A DNA stretch of 64,000 nt from Trichoplax adhaerens (Eukaryota; Animalia; Placozoa). The position numbers were made by a program, and so were the translations under genes. The DNA is taken from positions 1,907,723 to 1,971,722 of the forward strand of contig NW_002060953.1 of assembly GCF_000150275.1 (NCBI RefSeq). The letters run 5' to 3'. Position 1 is the first letter of the stretch. Each line of letters opens with the position of its first letter. Shown here in pieces: positions 62,649 through 64,000 of the stretch. Below the pieces are notes generated by a model that saw nothing but the letters and a program-made list of their open reading frames with translations, was not told where the DNA came from and did no database searches.

Positions 62649-64000
62649 GCTACGGATTAGATTTAGGATTGCGTTTAAATCATATTTAGTTTTCCATTTT
62701 CTAGCCCAGTTAGAGCTGACCTGAAATGATTTAGGATCAATTCGACTAGACGAAGTCAAAATTCAATGCTGTTTCTGATCCAGATCTGGCGAATTACAAT
62801 AAAATTTAGTGGCTTTGCCTATTCGGATTGATTCATGATTTGCATATCCTAGGAAATGAATGACTGCAGCCTAGCTAAAGATTGCAATTAGGATTATGTT
62901 TCTACTATAATTACTTTTCCTATTATCTGGCCAAATTAGAGCTGGTCTGGAGTGATTTGCATACGATAGGAAACGAATTACTTCAGCGAAGCGAAGGATT
63001 AAATTTGTGGATTACTAGTAGATTATACAATCTAAACTATACTCAATATCTCATATGCGATTGGCTACTGAAGTACACTCATATGACATGCATCATCCTA
63101 TGATTCCAAGTTAAGACTGGTAGAAACTATTTTAATTATCTTTAGACAGTGTCGCACATGAACTAAAATTTTAAAGTATGAGTTACCAAGCCTGTCTTTC
63201 TCTACTTTTAAAATTCATTCATGAAATGTGCTTAAAAACATATTTATATCACGTTGGCTGCAAGATTGCTGAGATGATGATCATACATGACTTATAAAAC
63301 ACATTAACAGTCTTGTATCACGAATTACTTCCTGACAAATATAATCGTCTAACGGAAAGCACTTACTTTGAGCTGCTTTTATAGATTACTACCCTCATCG
63401 GCCGAAAGATCTAAGAACAACACTTTTAGAAGGCTCACAATCAGTAAATACTCTGTACTATAATCTACAAAACAGCTTTATACTATAGCACTAAAACATT
63501 GTTAGTAACAATACTTTCTTAAGTTTTATAAATTTAGGCAACGTAGTAGCGTAATAGCCTGTAATATAATCACTGATTATGATTATGATTGCATTGCGTA
63601 ACACTTAGAATCTGAGATGATATGGAATCAACAATCTCAATGTCCTTCTATCAGCCTCTGGTAAGCTTGGACGTGAAAGTAGTCATCGTAACTAGTTAGA
63701 AAGTTAGAATGCTTGTTTTCTTTTTTAAGAATAACTCTCACTACATCTGAGATTGATAATATCCATTAGCAATACTGCCTTGTTGACATTAATCAATGTC
63801 AGCAGAATGCTTCTGACACTAAATAAATAGGATGGAAATCATGTATAATAGCAGTAGACAACTGACGAAAGAATGGTAATGTACACTACTGACATAGGTA
63901 TTCTTGATCTTAAGCAATGAAAATATTAACCTCAACTATAAGTACTTATAATCTTGCTGTTGCTTTTGCTAACTGTAAAGGTGTAATAGATTCCAGTATG
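61849..64000. repeat. Recent direct segmental duplication of 43936-47850 with a ~1.77 kb internal deletion; continues beyond the window
   Basis: Junction CTGTTAAA|GCTACGGATT at 62648/62649 joins source 44735 to 46502. Confidence 0.97.

Overview
AT-rich eukaryotic (animal) genomic DNA with short GT-AG introns. The gene content is compatible with a placozoan such as Trichoplax, but that assignment is inference only. Left half (1-31 kb): a cluster of four paralogous genes for signal-peptide proteins with two tandem 8-cysteine Frizzled-CRD-like domains. One copy is intact with a C-terminal GPI signal, one appears to have lost its GPI exon, and two are pseudogenes. They are interleaved with heavily decayed LRR and LRR-GPCR relics and with degenerate 75-250 bp tandem repeats. 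Right half: four intronless clan-4 cytochrome P450 genes on the minus strand. A multi-exon Apaf-1-like gene (CARD, NB-ARC, helical domain, WD40-like) lies between the first and second P450, and its nucleotide-binding motifs other than the P-loop are all non-canonical. The last 2.15 kb is a recent, internally deleted copy of 43936-47850 that breaks inside the Apaf-1-like P-loop. All exon models were built by hand from splice signals and paralog alignment, with no transcript evidence.
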